A stretch of 63,259 nucleotides of DNA, filler included, from Octopus bimaculoides (Eukaryota), in the NCBI RefSeq assembly GCF_001194135.2. It is 7 parts of 5 records of this genome, joined end to end, with 100 filler letters (N's around TTAATTAATTAA, not from the genome) between each part and the next. Parts side by side here need not be neighbours in the genome. Positions count along the whole stretch, not along the records: positions 6,107 to 26,288 come from NC_068981.1; positions 26,389 to 34,248 come from NC_068990.1; positions 34,349 to 55,339 come from NC_068986.1; 4 more parts are not named here. One strand, 5' to 3'. The notes under the pieces were generated by a model, which made no database searches, was not told the origin of the DNA, and saw only the letters and a list, made by a program, of their open reading frames with translations. The position numbers and the translations under genes are program-made. This document shows positions 24,509-37,394 of the stretch, one piece after another (within the stretch, counting starts at the first letter, position 1; each line of letters begins with the position of its first letter).

Positions 24509-24632
24509 TCTGTAATACACTGTAATACAACATGCCTTACAAACACCATACCAAAACCATGACTCGAGCACAACACCATACTATTCTCTACCATTGAATC
24601 TTGACGACTCTACACATAACGTATTGACAAAC
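24509..24632 (-). other. Candidate 124-nt non-coding or 5' exon
   Basis: Acceptor TCTTTTGCATTTTGCTTATCAG|G and donor AGA|GTAAGT. All frames are closed at the 5' end; an internal ATG opens MVLCSSHGFG... Confidence 0.25.
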
Positions 24633-24788
24633 CTGATAAGCAAAATGCAAAAGATGTGATTATAAAGGGGAAAAAAGAAAGATATAGGAAGCGGAAGAGC
24701 TTCATGTATGCATACATACATGAATGTATGCACCTCTGTCTGTCTGTCTGCCTGTCTGTCTGTCTGTCTCTGTCTGTCTGTCTGTCTG

Positions 24789-24856
<68 letters not shown>

Positions 24857-25092
24857 CATGTGTGTGTGTGTGTGTATGTCTATCTATACACATAAACTTA
24901 CATATGTATATTTATATATGTTTTATATTTTTAAAAATTTATATGAAGAATCACAAATTTGTTAACACATACACACACGTATATATATATATACATACAC
25001 TCTATATATTTGCATACTTTTACCAATATATGCGTATGCATCGTACACGTGCGCGCGTGCGCGCACACACACACATATGCGTATCGATATTT

Positions 25093-25130
<38 letters not shown>

Positions 25131-26242
25131 NNNNNNNNNNNNNNNNNNNNNNNNNNNNNNNNNNNNNNNNNNNNNNNNNNNNNNNNNNNNNNNNNNNNNN
25201 NNNNNNNNNNNNNNNNNNNNNNNNNNNNNNNNNNNNNNNNNNNNNNNNNNNNNNNNNNNNNNNNNNNNNNNNNNNNNNNNNNNNNNNNNNNNNNNNNNNN
25301 NNNNNNNNNNNNNNNNNNNNNNNNNNNNNNNNNNNNNNNNNNNNNNNNNNNNNNNNNNNNNNNNNNNNNNNNNNNNNNNNNNNNNNNNNNNNNNNNNNNN
25401 NNNNNNNNNNNNNNNNNNNNNNNNNNNNNNNNNNNNNNNNNNNNNNNNNNNNNNNNNNNNNNNNNNNNNNNNNNNNNNNNNNNNNNNNNNNNNNNNNNNN
25501 NNNNNNNNNNNNNNNNNNNNNNNNNNNNNNNNNNNNNNNNNNNNNNNNNNNNNNNNNNNNNNNNNNNNNNNNNNNNNNNNNNNNNNNNNNNNNNNNNNNN
25601 NNNNNNNNNNNNNNNNNNNNNNNNNNNNNNNNNNNNNNNNNNNNNNNNNNNNNNNNNNNNNNNNNNNNNNNNNNNNNNNNNNNNNNNNNNNNNNNNNNNN
25701 NNNNNNNNNNNNNNNNNNNNNNNNNNNNNNNNNNNNNNNNNNNNNNNNNNNNNNNNNNNNNNNNNNNNNNNNNNNNNNNNNNNNNNNNNNNNNNNNNNNT
25801 ATATATATATATATATATATTTATATACATATATATATGTATACATATGTGTTTGTGTGTTTGTGTGTCTGTATATATGCGTGTGTGTGTGTACGTGTGT
25901 GATTGTATGTGTAGGTTTAAGTAAGCGTTAGTATATGCTTGTAAGTACGCACACAACACTAAAGTAGCGTGATACCCATTCTTACACTGATGTAACTGCT
26001 CACACAAACACACAAACACAGACAGACAAACAGACATACACACACACACGTGCAGAATCAGAGTTTCCAATCAACACAATCGGATAATCACATGAATCTA
26101 TATTCACAGCAGTGTAGAATTTAAGGGATATCATCTAAAAAAAAATGGCTGATTTCATGATTGGTAACATGTTGGCATATTTTACAATTAATTTGACACA
26201 TTACAACAATAAAATACACACTCACCCGCATACATGTGTCTT

Positions 26243-26288
<46 letters not shown>

Positions 26289-26388
26289 NNNNNNNNNNNN
26301 NNNNNNNNNNNNNNNNNNNNNNNNNNNNNNNNTTAATTAATTAANNNNNNNNNNNNNNNNNNNNNNNNNNNNNNNNNNNNNNNNNNNN

Positions 26389-26443
<55 letters not shown>

Positions 26444-26452
26444 ACAACTATA

Positions 26453-26925
26453 TATTGGGTTGGCAAGAAAGTAATGTCGGTTTTTAGTATGAAATAAGTT
26501 GTTTTTTCATACAAAGAATGAACTCTAATCAATTATATATTTTCCATTTTGTTCGATGTCTTTTGCCATCTTTCTGGCAACTTCATGATTCTGCGTTCAT
26601 GGAACCGCTGGTCCTTATCAGCCAAAAACAGGAGCAAGTGCGATTTTAGGTCATCATCATTCTTGAATGTTTTACCATTCAAAGAATTTTGCAAACTTCG
26701 AAATAAATGTTAATCTGATCGTGCAAGGTCAGGGCTGTATGGTGGGCGTAACATCACTTTCGAACAAACCTCCACTAATTTTCTACAAGTTAGCAAAACA
26801 TGTGTGGTCTTCCTTTACGATTTGCTAATTCTGGCCGTTTTTCTTTGATTGCTTCCTCCAATTTCATTAGTTGTTAACAGTAAACATCTATATTGATTAT
26901 TTGGATCCTTGGAAGCAGCTCATTG
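26453..26925 (-). mobile_element. Mariner transposon, 3' fragment
   Basis: TIR TATTGGGTTGGCAAGAAAGTAATG. Minus strand encodes PPYSPDLARSD*HLFRSLQNSLNGKTF...KLPERWQK. Confidence 0.9.
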
Positions 26926-28015
26926 ATGTTAATAAGCTACATATACTTTATCACAGTTTTAATGATTAAGCTATTTTATTCCTTTTCTATGGTTTTCTGC
27001 CCTACTTGATTCTTTTATTTCTTTATTATTTTATAATTAACCTTTATTTATTTATAAAATTAATCTAATTTTTGTACCTCTATAAATTCATACTTAGCTT
27101 ATATAAAACTATACTGGTATATTCACTACTTATAAAAAATGCTGAGGTTATAATTTTATTAATATATTATTAGCATGTTCTTTTACCTCAATACTCCTTA
27201 ATTAATACCTATATACCAATTAATCAATATTCACAGATACCATCTGATGAGTTAGTATTTAAGTGTACAAAATGTATAAATATTAAACCATTTCTGGATA
27301 ATTTCTTTTCCTCCCTCTCTTGTGGTAAAAGTTTGGTATATACTCTAAAGTATTCAAAAATTTCTATCCTTTTGTTATAATATTCTTTTTAATAATCCTC
27401 TGAATAACCCTAAACTTTAACTGTATACAATATAGCAACATTGTTTAAAATATTTTAACTATAGTACTACATGATAAGACTTCCCTTGTTTCATTATCAA
27501 TGGTCTGCTAGTGGCCGACCCCCTTAAGTGTTAGCTAACATCTTGTTTTAAATTTTCCTTTACCAAACCTCATGATATTGCTTCTAATAAATCTTGATTA
27601 TTATGACTATACCAACTATGATTTCTGTCTTCTCCCTCAGCCCTACCCCTAACAGATCCTGCCCCATTGTTCTTAGATATACAAGGATTTTATAAACTAG
27701 TCTATAAATTAAAACTGACCCCATAAAAACAAAAATCAGTGACAGGCAGAGTATGTAACAATGTATATCTTCTTGATACCTTAGTAGATTCTATGCTGGT
27801 ATGAAGGCAACATGTTCTTTGTCTATCTCCTTAACTTCTTGGAGATTTTAGGTATAATTATACTAATGTGTCCATCTGTTTTAATTTAATTTAATTCTAT
27901 GTCTATGTGCAGCTGAGGATTGCTCTGCTTTTAAATTGATGTAATGATTGCATTGTTAAATTAAATGGAGTTGCATGAAACGATCGCACTGCAGTACCTC
28001 TGGATATCCTTGTTG

Positions 28016-28099
<84 letters not shown>

Positions 28100-28285
28100 T
28101 TTAAATTTAGGCTTACACCTTGTACATTTGACGAGGCACATCTGCACCGAAAGATGCACCACAACTAGTTATACAAAATATCATCTACGAGGGACGATGC
28201 ATGATGAGTCGAAACCATTTTAGTGATTAATAAAAAAGCTCGTGAGTTCCATTGTTTTTCCTTCTCTCATATGTCATATATATAT

Positions 28286-28554
28286 ATTTGATAGATACAA
28301 TACATGTTTTTATGTGTTACTAATAATTTTATATGTTTAGAAATACCTCAAACATATTCATCAGGAACAAACCACACACATAATGAACCAAAAATTGAAT
28401 AAGAGAAGAAACGCGTAAAGTTGAGAAGAAAGCATATAGAAAAAGTGGATGTCTAAAATGATATGTGGTTTGTGCCTGATGAATTTGTTTGAGATATTTC
28501 TAAACATACAAAACTATGAACAACACATAAAAACATGTGTTGTGTCTATTAAAT
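28286..28554. mobile_element. MITE or fold-back with about 92-bp inverted arms
   Basis: Arms 28286-28377 and 28463-28554, roughly 85% identical by eye, around an 85-bp spacer. Confidence 0.75.
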
Positions 28555-29309
28555 AATAAAATTCATTTCTAAACATGAAATTAATAAATTAAAAGATTAA
28601 TGTGTATTTTGTGTTTGTAATCTAAAAATATATGCATTGGTTCGACCGCAAAGCTACTCCATATCATAGTGCTAAAACATCACTTCCGCGAAACATCATC
28701 TTCCTTTAGAGTTTCTTGTAAGCAGACATATTCTGGCAAAGTACGGAAGATCTCAAAATAGTAAAACACGCCACAGATAATGTGTGAATCAAAATCTAAA
28801 CTGCAATAGTAGTGTTATATACTCTGCCTACGCAAATAGCCGCAGGGCTAACTAGTACAGTCATAATTATATGTTTTGTTTACGTGTAATATGGAGAGAA
28901 TATAGATGAAAATATAGCTGCTGGTTGGTTCGTTTCTTCATCGATCGTCTTTTGCATGATGATCTATTATTATCAAAATAATTGCATGACCAGATCTAAT
29001 TATCGAACAGTAATCAGTAACACATTCGTAATTGCTCTGTTTCATCTACTGAATATTTCAATTATAATGGCTTGGTACATTCTACAGACACCAATTGTTT
29101 TTATACAACTATAACTATTACAATTATGTCTTTTACCCATAAGTAAAACTTGTGCCAGTGAAGAGACAAAAAGTGCTGATTTCGCAGATTAAACGGTTCG
29201 ATCATATGTTTTTTCCTCGTGTTTACTAACAAAAAAACTGTGGTCATTGCTCTCGTATATTTGTGTGCAAACTAACAGAGACATGACGGTATATTTATTA
29301 CCTAAAGAT

Positions 29310-29740
29310 TGGTTTAAAATTTTGGTTCAAGGCCAGAAATTTCGTGGAAGTGGGTAAGTCGATTTCATAGACTGCAATGTTTAACTGCAACTTAATTTAT
29401 CAATCCCAAAAAGTTGAAATGCAAAGTCGAACCCGGCGGCCTTTGTACTCAAAACGTAAAATCGGCACATGGCACATGGCCTGAAATTTTCGGAAATGTC
29501 GATCTCGGCAGAATTTGAACTCGGAACGTAGTGACAGGCAAAATGCTGCTAAGCAATTCAACCGGTGTGCTAACGATTCTAACAGCTCGCAACTATCTAA
29601 ATATTGATTTCAAATTTTGGCGCAAGGCCAGAAATTTTGGAGGTCGGGGTAAGTTGATTTCATCGACCCCCCAGTACTCAACTGGTACTTATTTTATTCA
29701 CCGTGAAAGGATGAAAGGCAAAATCGACCTCCTCGGCGGA
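29310..29740 (-). mobile_element. Cluster of SINE family 2 copies
   Basis: Two core and tail segments (29310-29592 and 29608-29740), with a rearrangement in the first. Confidence 0.75.
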
Positions 29741-29994
29741 TTATAATTCTTACAAAGTTAGCACATGAGTTACGCTCTGCCCATTTACCACTGCTCTTGT
29801 TTAAAGCTACCTGAGTTAGTGATAAATGCCTATCAATCCAGAACGTATATATAAAGCTATTTAATGAACATTAAACTAACTTTAGAGAAAACTTGATTTT
29901 GTAAGTTACTGCATTCGTGAATCGTTAGTTTTCTCGTATTTTCTTAGCTTACTATTGCATTGGAAGCTATTCACCATTTCCCTTTTTAGTGTAT

Positions 29995-30840
29995 ACTATC
30001 AGAGATACCCGGCGTTGCTCGTGTTACATGCAATTGAAGGATGAGACTTTTCTCTTATATTTTCTGTAAGGAAATGGAATACATATGATTCGAATTTCAT
30101 CAAAATTGCACATGAGGGTTCTTTCCCTCTTTACACACCCTAATCATGAGACATGTATCCTATACTATTGATCTTTATGCGCATATTCTAAAATTTCAGT
30201 CTACTGGAACCTGTAAAAAGGATTTTCCTCCTGAAAAATGGAGCTCATGGAGCTCTAAAATGTAGGAATGAAGGCCCTATTGGGGGTGGGGGTGTTAATG
30301 TCAACCAGATAATTTGAATTGTTGGGAATGTTTTTAACTTGGGTCTTATAGTATGCCTGTATATATGTGAGAGTATAGTTTCACTTTAATAGTTTCAGTA
30401 TGGAATTGAAAGTATTTGAAATTACAGTAGCGACATGTTATTGTTTCACTTTTGACATGTAATACTGAAATAGTGGAATAGTTTCAGTGTTAAAGGGAAA
30501 GTATCTGACATTACAGTAGAGTGATATTATTGTTTCACTTTTGACACATAATACTGAAATAATGGAGGAGATATGATATTTCTGTGGGCTCTAACTATGC
30601 AAGATGTTAAAAATTGCTTTAGCCTAAGATACTACATGGACCCTAAGTAAGGCATGTGTTAATTTGGAATGAAATTGGTTGTGTAGTTCTCGAGTTTTAG
30701 GGATTCACACAGACTTTGCTCCTGAAAAATGGAGCTCTTGGAGCTGAAAAATGTGGGAGTTAAGGCCCCAATTGGGAGTGGGTGTGTTAATGCCAACCAG
30801 AGAAGTTGAATTGTTGGGAATGTTTTTAATTTGGGTCTAA
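29995..30840 (+). mobile_element. Non-autonomous Helitron/Helentron-like (HINE-type) element with internal duplications
   Basis: Starts GATACCCGGCGTTGCTCG. 119-bp direct repeats at 30228-30346 and 30719-30838; 88-bp tandem at 30390-30566. Family assignment is from recalled resemblance only. Confidence 0.5.
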
Positions 30841-31990
30841 TATGTATGGTTTGAATTTCTTTGAAATAGGAAATATATGTATGTTCACTAGGTTTTTAAA
30901 AGAGAGTAAAGCTACAGGAAACCAAAAGACGAATGATCACGATAATCAGTCGGCTACCCTAGCGTAGTCGTTACTACTCCCCAATGTAGGATTCCTCACC
31001 ATACAGGTGACAGGCACAGCTGTTAGATGCATTACGGATCTATAGCAATTGAAATAACAACGTGTAACGTTTGGAGTAAAGGGAAATGAAAGTGTCGCCT
31101 CTAGAGTTTGCAAATGACCACTATACCGATAGGTAACTGGGCAGAAAGAATTTACAATCAATAAATGTCTTAGAACAACCAGTCACTCATCTGGGAAGGC
31201 CTTGAAATCAATGTTACCAACTGGGGAATATGTGTGACTCAGTGATAACAAAAAGACTCAAAGGAGGTCTGCAACGAAATAATTTTACTCAACACTTTGC
31301 AAGTGAATCAGTGGAGGCAAAGATGCGTCTCGTTTACTTGACAATTTATGCACTACATTGCAGAAATCACAATGTAAGTATATCTGAANNNNNNNNNNAA
31401 TTTCATCAACATCAAAAATATATGAATTTTCATGGGGGTTATGGCCGATATGCATAGAATATAATTTCCAAATTTCATAAAGATCCATTCAGTACTTTTG
31501 ACGTAGTTTTGGATAAAAAATGCAAATGACTAATGTGTGTGTGTGTGGGGGGTGTATATATGTATAGATATCTGTATGCATGTATATATGTGTATATATG
31601 TACACATATTACATGTACATCTATATATATACATGGAGAGCAAGATAGGGCTGGAGAGGAGACGACTGTCGCAAAGTGTGTTTGGGAAAAAGATGGAAGG
31701 TTGTGGTAAGAAAGGTGGAGGCAAGTGACCCGGATTAATTTCCTTGGAGAAAGATAAAGGTATAGTCGGTGGGCTTTTCGCCCATCAGGGTGAATCCCCA
31801 ACCCCGGCTAAAAGTTATAAAAAATATATTATATTATATATTAATTCGTATAATCATCAAAATTTTAAAATTAAGTTTCATTCGAACTCACATTAACATT
31901 TATCTGTTTGTTCTGTGTTGTTTGTTCCTTCTGTGTTAGATAATCATTATCTTAATTAAAAAAAGCATCTCTAGCAGGCGAGGTCCGAAA

Positions 31991-33200
31991 TTGCGCATAG
32001 GTGTTGGTAGTGATTTCTTTGACGTGAGTTCGAATCGTTACACACTGTTATTGTTACGCACTGTTAATTTTGTTGTAGGTTTCCCCGCGCGGGTGACGTT
32101 GTCTACGTCCTCGAACAAGATAGAGGTCACCCCGATAGAAGCAATAGAGGAGTGCCTCGAAAAAGTTAAAATGTTGACTACATTCTATACACGTTGGAAA
32201 AAGTATGGCACAGTGGAAGTAAGGTTTGGCAACGAAGAAAATGCCATAAGCCACTCCACTGTGCCGATAAGGACACCAGAATGGGTACTAATTCCGACGT
32301 ACTGTGGCAAAGGTGTTGCCAGAGTGAGAGTTAGAAGAGTACCTCCTGAAATCAAGGAAGAATAGCTGGTGGCAGCCATATTCCACGGTATGGAGGATAA
32401 GGTGAAAATCCTCAAGATAACGAGGACCCAAAAGGTCAATTGGTGGGGGTATGGCCTCGAAATAGCCATACAGGTGAGTTTGAAAGACCTGTCTCGTATA
32501 ACAGAGGAAATAATACTTCCGGAAGACACCAGACTTCGAATAGTAGTAGAAGGAAGACCGCCAACATGCTTCCTATGCGGCAAAAAAGGGCACATGAAAA
32601 TAAGGTGTCCCGAGAAGGAAAACGAAGAAGAGAAAAAGTGAAGAAAACAATACCGAAGCGGTAGTATCAGTAAAAAAGACAGATAGAGTGGAGAAATCCT
32701 TCATAGTAGTAAACAGGATTAAGAAAAAAGCACGGGTAAGCTCTCCCCAAGAAAATCAAAAAAGGTTAAAAGAGATTGAGACGGATGAAAAGAGAAATAG
32801 GTGCGAAACACCAACAGAATTAATAGTGGAAAAAGGCGCAGAGGAAGAAACAGCATTACAAGTGGAAAGTGGAAGCGTTTATAATTTTGGTTGTGATGTT
32901 TCTGCACGCTCGGACAGATCAGCTCGGACAGCAAGCGGAGGTGAAACGGAAATGATACAAGTAGTATTTGGTCACATATACCAAAAGTACAGAAATAGAG
33001 AAAAAGATTATAAAGTATAAATCAGCAATAACAGTAAGGCTGCCGCCAGGAAAAGACCCGGAAAAAACTAAAGGAATCATCATAGAGAGAGATTTGAAAA
33101 ATCGAGAGAAATGTTTGGAAGCGACATAGACCCGCTGGGTGTTGAAATCGAGTTTGACGAACTTCCACCATCCGTGGAATTCGAAGAATTAAAACAATAA
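31991..33200 (+). mobile_element. Tx1/L1-type LINE ORF1 (gag-like, CCHC knuckle), disrupted, with no ORF2
   Basis: ORFs 31991-32365 and 32369-32641 are in frame across one stop. CFLCGKKGHMKIRC fits CX2CX4HX4C, preceded by LRIVVEGRPP. A charged low-complexity region follows. Confidence 0.75.
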
Positions 33201-33206
33201 TGAACC

Positions 33207-33262
33207 TTTAATTTCTTTATTACCCACAAGGCACTACAAAGATAGGCCATTACAAGGACATG
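33207..33262 (-). mobile_element. Isolated LINE/SINE 3' tail
   Basis: Minus strand GTCCTTGTAATGGCCTATCTTTGTAGTGCCTTGTGGGTAATAAAGAAA, similar to the tails at 58133-58175 and 59225-59270. Confidence 0.6.
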
Positions 33263-33626
33263 TGGGGACATATAACACACAATTAAAAATAAAATTTAAA
33301 TAAAATTAGAAATATAATGATATGAAATGAATAATGAAAACGGAAATATGGAAATATGGAAATGTGCTGCTCGCCCAACGTCGAGCAGCAACACTTACTA
33401 CCTAGTGAATCCCTTTATCACATCTATACCATACTTGGTTAATAGTTCCTCACATTGTATATTGTACGGTATATCCTTAATGTCTGTATATATCTCCCAA
33501 TATTACAAACCCTTTTTATGCTTCTTCAGTTTCCCTTGTATTTATATGGTTTATCATTCTGTATATATATAATATATATTTTTGTTTGTTTGTGTGTGTG
33601 TGTGTGTGTGTGTGCGNNNNNNNNNN

Positions 33627-33672
<46 letters not shown>

Positions 33673-34039
33673 ATGTTTGAAAAATGATGAACCATACTTG
33701 AATTTCGAACTTATTGGATTCTCATAAGTGGTGTCTACATCACTTAACCAATCCCATAGAAATAAACAACCAGTTTCTTTATATACACAACAAATCCAGC
33801 ATACACACCTATGCACATACATACAAATATTCCAATATAGAGAAAGATAGACAGACAGATAGACAGACAGAAAGGGTGGCAGATACACAGACAGATAGAC
33901 AGATATATGTGACAGTGGATTTTCATCGATGAGTTCATGAACCTTGGTTCTTTTCCCTAAAACTATATATATATGAAATAGAGTTATTAATATTTCTAAG
34001 TCTCTCTAAAGGAGACTACGGCAGCGGTACTGGAAATTA

Positions 34040-34248
34040 ATAGTTATCGCCAAGCCAACATGGCAGTCCCAAAATTAGGACGAAAGCTGCCGTGAATTAG
34101 CTCCAAGAAGCCATCGCCTCTAGCTAGCTATGTGACACACGAAACCTGTGTCCTTTATAACCTTCGAACAGGGGAGGTCAGCAGTGTCCCCCTGCTGGTT
34201 TGGCATCTGCAGACTAGACTAGTTTCAGGGTGTTGCCCCTTGTCAATG
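34040..34248 (-). mobile_element. Hammerhead-bearing short repeat, family A, second copy
   Basis: Homologous to 5549-5760. Minus strand TTGACAA-GGGGcaacaCCCT-GAAA-CTAG-TC at 34217-34246 (decayed core, palindromic CUAG, GUC). The 5' side is lost in the gap. Confidence 0.55.
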
Positions 34249-34348
34249 NNNNNNNNNNNNNNNNNNNNNNNNNNNNNNNNNNNNNNNNNNNNTTAATTAA
34301 TTAANNNNNNNNNNNNNNNNNNNNNNNNNNNNNNNNNNNNNNNNNNNN

Positions 34349-34395
<47 letters not shown>

Positions 34396-34964
34396 CACAC
34401 AAAGTTATATACATATGTATATATATATATATATATATATAAACTCGAAACTATGTATGAAAATTAGTTCATATTTTGAAATATATGTTGGGGGATGGGT
34501 TGTGCATATTCGATATCCAGCAATCTCAGGGACTCCTATTTCAAACAGTCAGAGGCTGATTGACGTTTGTGGTCACGGATGCATTCGTAAGCAGCATTGC
34601 TAAGAGAGCTTACATATACATTATCACATAACTACTTTATATATTAGAGAGAGAGAGAGAGACATATATATACATATACACACATATATACATGCATGCA
34701 TGCATACATACATATATACAATATATATAGTAACACCATGTGCCCTTCAGAGATGGTTGGTCTGGAAAAAAATACGGCGGCTACACCATTAAGATTCCTC
34801 ACCCTTTAACGCAACAACAGCTAGGTCATTACATGGTTTAAAACCAAAAGAGATATATGTAGAGCAATGTTTAGCAAATTTTTGCCTGTTTGTACCGAGG
34901 GGGTTTGCCTGTTTGTATAAGACACTAGTTTCACTGGATCTTAAACTGTGGTAAGAGATGACAT

Positions 34965-35299
34965 GCATATTATTATTGTAAGGCAGAGAAACCCTACACT
35001 TCAGGGCTTGTTCAGCGTAGCGATGGGAGCATTCGACAGCGCTGATGTGTGTGACCTTGTTTCTGATTTATTACGTCATGTACTTACTTAATAAGAAATT
35101 CCCTTCTAGTCGCTTTAATCTTCATGGAGAAGATGCTTTTTCAATATCGAGATGGAAAAACAGCCACACACTCGATAGACTTAGAAAGGACCTTCTCCAC
35201 AACCTGAATTCTCTTGGCCTTAGGGTCACAATAGAAATCTCCCTGAAGACGGTAGATTTCTGTGATGCAACCTTGGGCTTGGAATCCGATGCCTATTGA
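34965..35299 (+). mobile_element. Penelope-like element RT fragment (Neptune/Naiad type)
   Basis: GLFSVAMGAFDSADVCDLV, FNLHGEDAF (decayed GLYRDDG), LRKDL...LGLRVTIE...VDFCDATL. Confidence 0.7.
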
Positions 35300-35411
35300 C
35301 TTCTTTTTAACACTTTGATGATTATTCTCTCGGTCTCTTTTGCTGAATCGTAAGATATGGTTTCGTATATAAACCAATACCGTTTGTCATGAGGTGAGAG
35401 GGACATTTCTA

Positions 35412-35469
<58 letters not shown>

Positions 35470-35599
35470 ACAGTTGCACATGCACTCGCATACACACCCA
35501 GACACACACGCACTCACACACAAACACAAATATACCGATTTGCTCATGCACACACGTACGCACAAACACATATGAATATATTATGCATATGTATGTGTG

Positions 35600-35642
<43 letters not shown>

Positions 35643-35643
<1 letters not shown>

Positions 35644-35802
35644 AAGAGGCTTTGCAGTTTCCGTCTTACAAATTCTATCACAAGGCGTTGGTCGGCTTGG
35701 GGGCTACAGTAGAAGACATTCGTCCAAGGTGCTGCGCAGTGGGACTGAACCTGAAACCACTCGGTGGTAAACGGCCTTCTTAACCACACACCCATGCCTG
35801 CG
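35643..35802 (-). mobile_element. SINE family 1, 5' half
   Basis: Head and body match 3620-3782. Confidence 0.8.
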
Positions 35803-36133
35803 AAAGAAAAAAAGTGATTACAATGAAATTTTAAAAACTGGAAATTACTTTTTCTTAGCAAAATACTTCAAGAAAAATTCTCGATGAATTATGCATATTT
35901 CCGCTTCTGTTGTGGTCGATTTATTTCTTTATTTTCAAAACATACAAGGACTCCAATCATTGATATAAATGGTCTACTGTTTTATATAGAGCAAGGTGTA
36001 CTTTTTTATGATTCGGTACTTTTATTTGTAGAACGAACTTCAAAATCTTGTCAGGTTTTTACTAACCCACTTAGTCCCTCTTTTTCTCAAGATGGTGAAT
36101 AATTCTGATCGATACTTCCTCCTCATCATTTTC

Positions 36134-36188
<55 letters not shown>

Positions 36189-36922
36189 CCACCATCAACA
36201 ACATCTTCATCATCAGCAGCAATATTATTATCATTATCATCATCAAGATCATCATCATTATCATTATCAACATCATCGTCGTCGTCGTCCGTTGCCGTCA
36301 TCATCATCATCATATTTGCCTAATAAATAATTGCATTTATCTTTAAGCTCAGTTGGGTTTGCATTTACATGAACCCTAATTGTTTGGTTAAATTTTATTT
36401 CAGTTTCGTTTCTTTCTTCTGTAAATTTCATCCCCACCGGGTTTTTTTTTGTTTTATTTCGCTTTTTGTATTTTTTTTTTGTTTGTTTCTAACGCATTTC
36501 GCATTCACATTTTGTTTTTCAGTTTTCAACTAAAATACAACACAGCGAGATAAATTTACCATGTTTCATTATGAATAAAATTAAATTCGAAATATAATTA
36601 TAAATATCAGTCTTGTGCTTAAGCAACAGACATCGGTAAACAAAGTTTATATACTGAGGTGTAAATATGTTATATTTCGTTATATAATTGATGTTAAAGT
36701 CTAATTAAATTCTTAATAGAATTTATAAATATAACGTGCAGGTACGTGTCTATGTGTTTGAATGTGTGTCTCTGTTGTCGATAGTACATAAGAACGTATA
36801 AAACAGTAGAGATTCATTTTCATTTCTTGGAAAAATTTCACCAAGCCTGTAAAGAAATAATTGTGTACATGAATATATGAATATATATGAATATGTGTGT
36901 GTGTGTACATGTATGTATATAA

Positions 36923-36965
<43 letters not shown>

Positions 36966-36984
36966 ATATATATATATATATATC

Positions 36985-37308
36985 TTACTTTATCTTTTAC
37001 TCGTTTCAGCCATTAGATAATTGCCTTCCTGCTAGAGCATCATATTGAAGGATTTTTAATCGAATGAATCGAACCCAATGCTTTTTTAAAGTCTGGTAAT
37101 TATTCTATCGGCCCCTTTTGCCGCACTGCCAGAACACGAGGAAGTAAACAAACGGTGGAGGAGGGGGAAAGCACAGACACAAAGACACACAAACATACAC
37201 GCACACACACACATATAAATATATACGACGAGATTCTTTCTGTTTCCCTCTACCAAATCCATTCACAAGGCTTTGGTTGATCTGAAGCTACAGTAGAATA
37301 CACTTGCG
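36985..37308 (-). mobile_element. SINE family 1, 5'-truncated and diverged
   Basis: Tail and body match family 1. Confidence 0.75.
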
Positions 37309-37394
37309 TAATTCGCGTGATAAATGGCAGACGTGTGGAGACGGGTGCAAGGTGTACAAATTACTTCGTCGAAAATTCCGAGCAGGGGGATTAC

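Noticed and set aside
27244-27300. CTGATGAG followed by a hairpin
   Set aside because: No GAAA and no convincing stem I or III.
31765-31795. Minus-strand CTGATGGGCGAAAAGCCC hairpin as a hammerhead
   Set aside because: G8A9 is not followed by a stem closed by GAAA. It is only a small hairpin.
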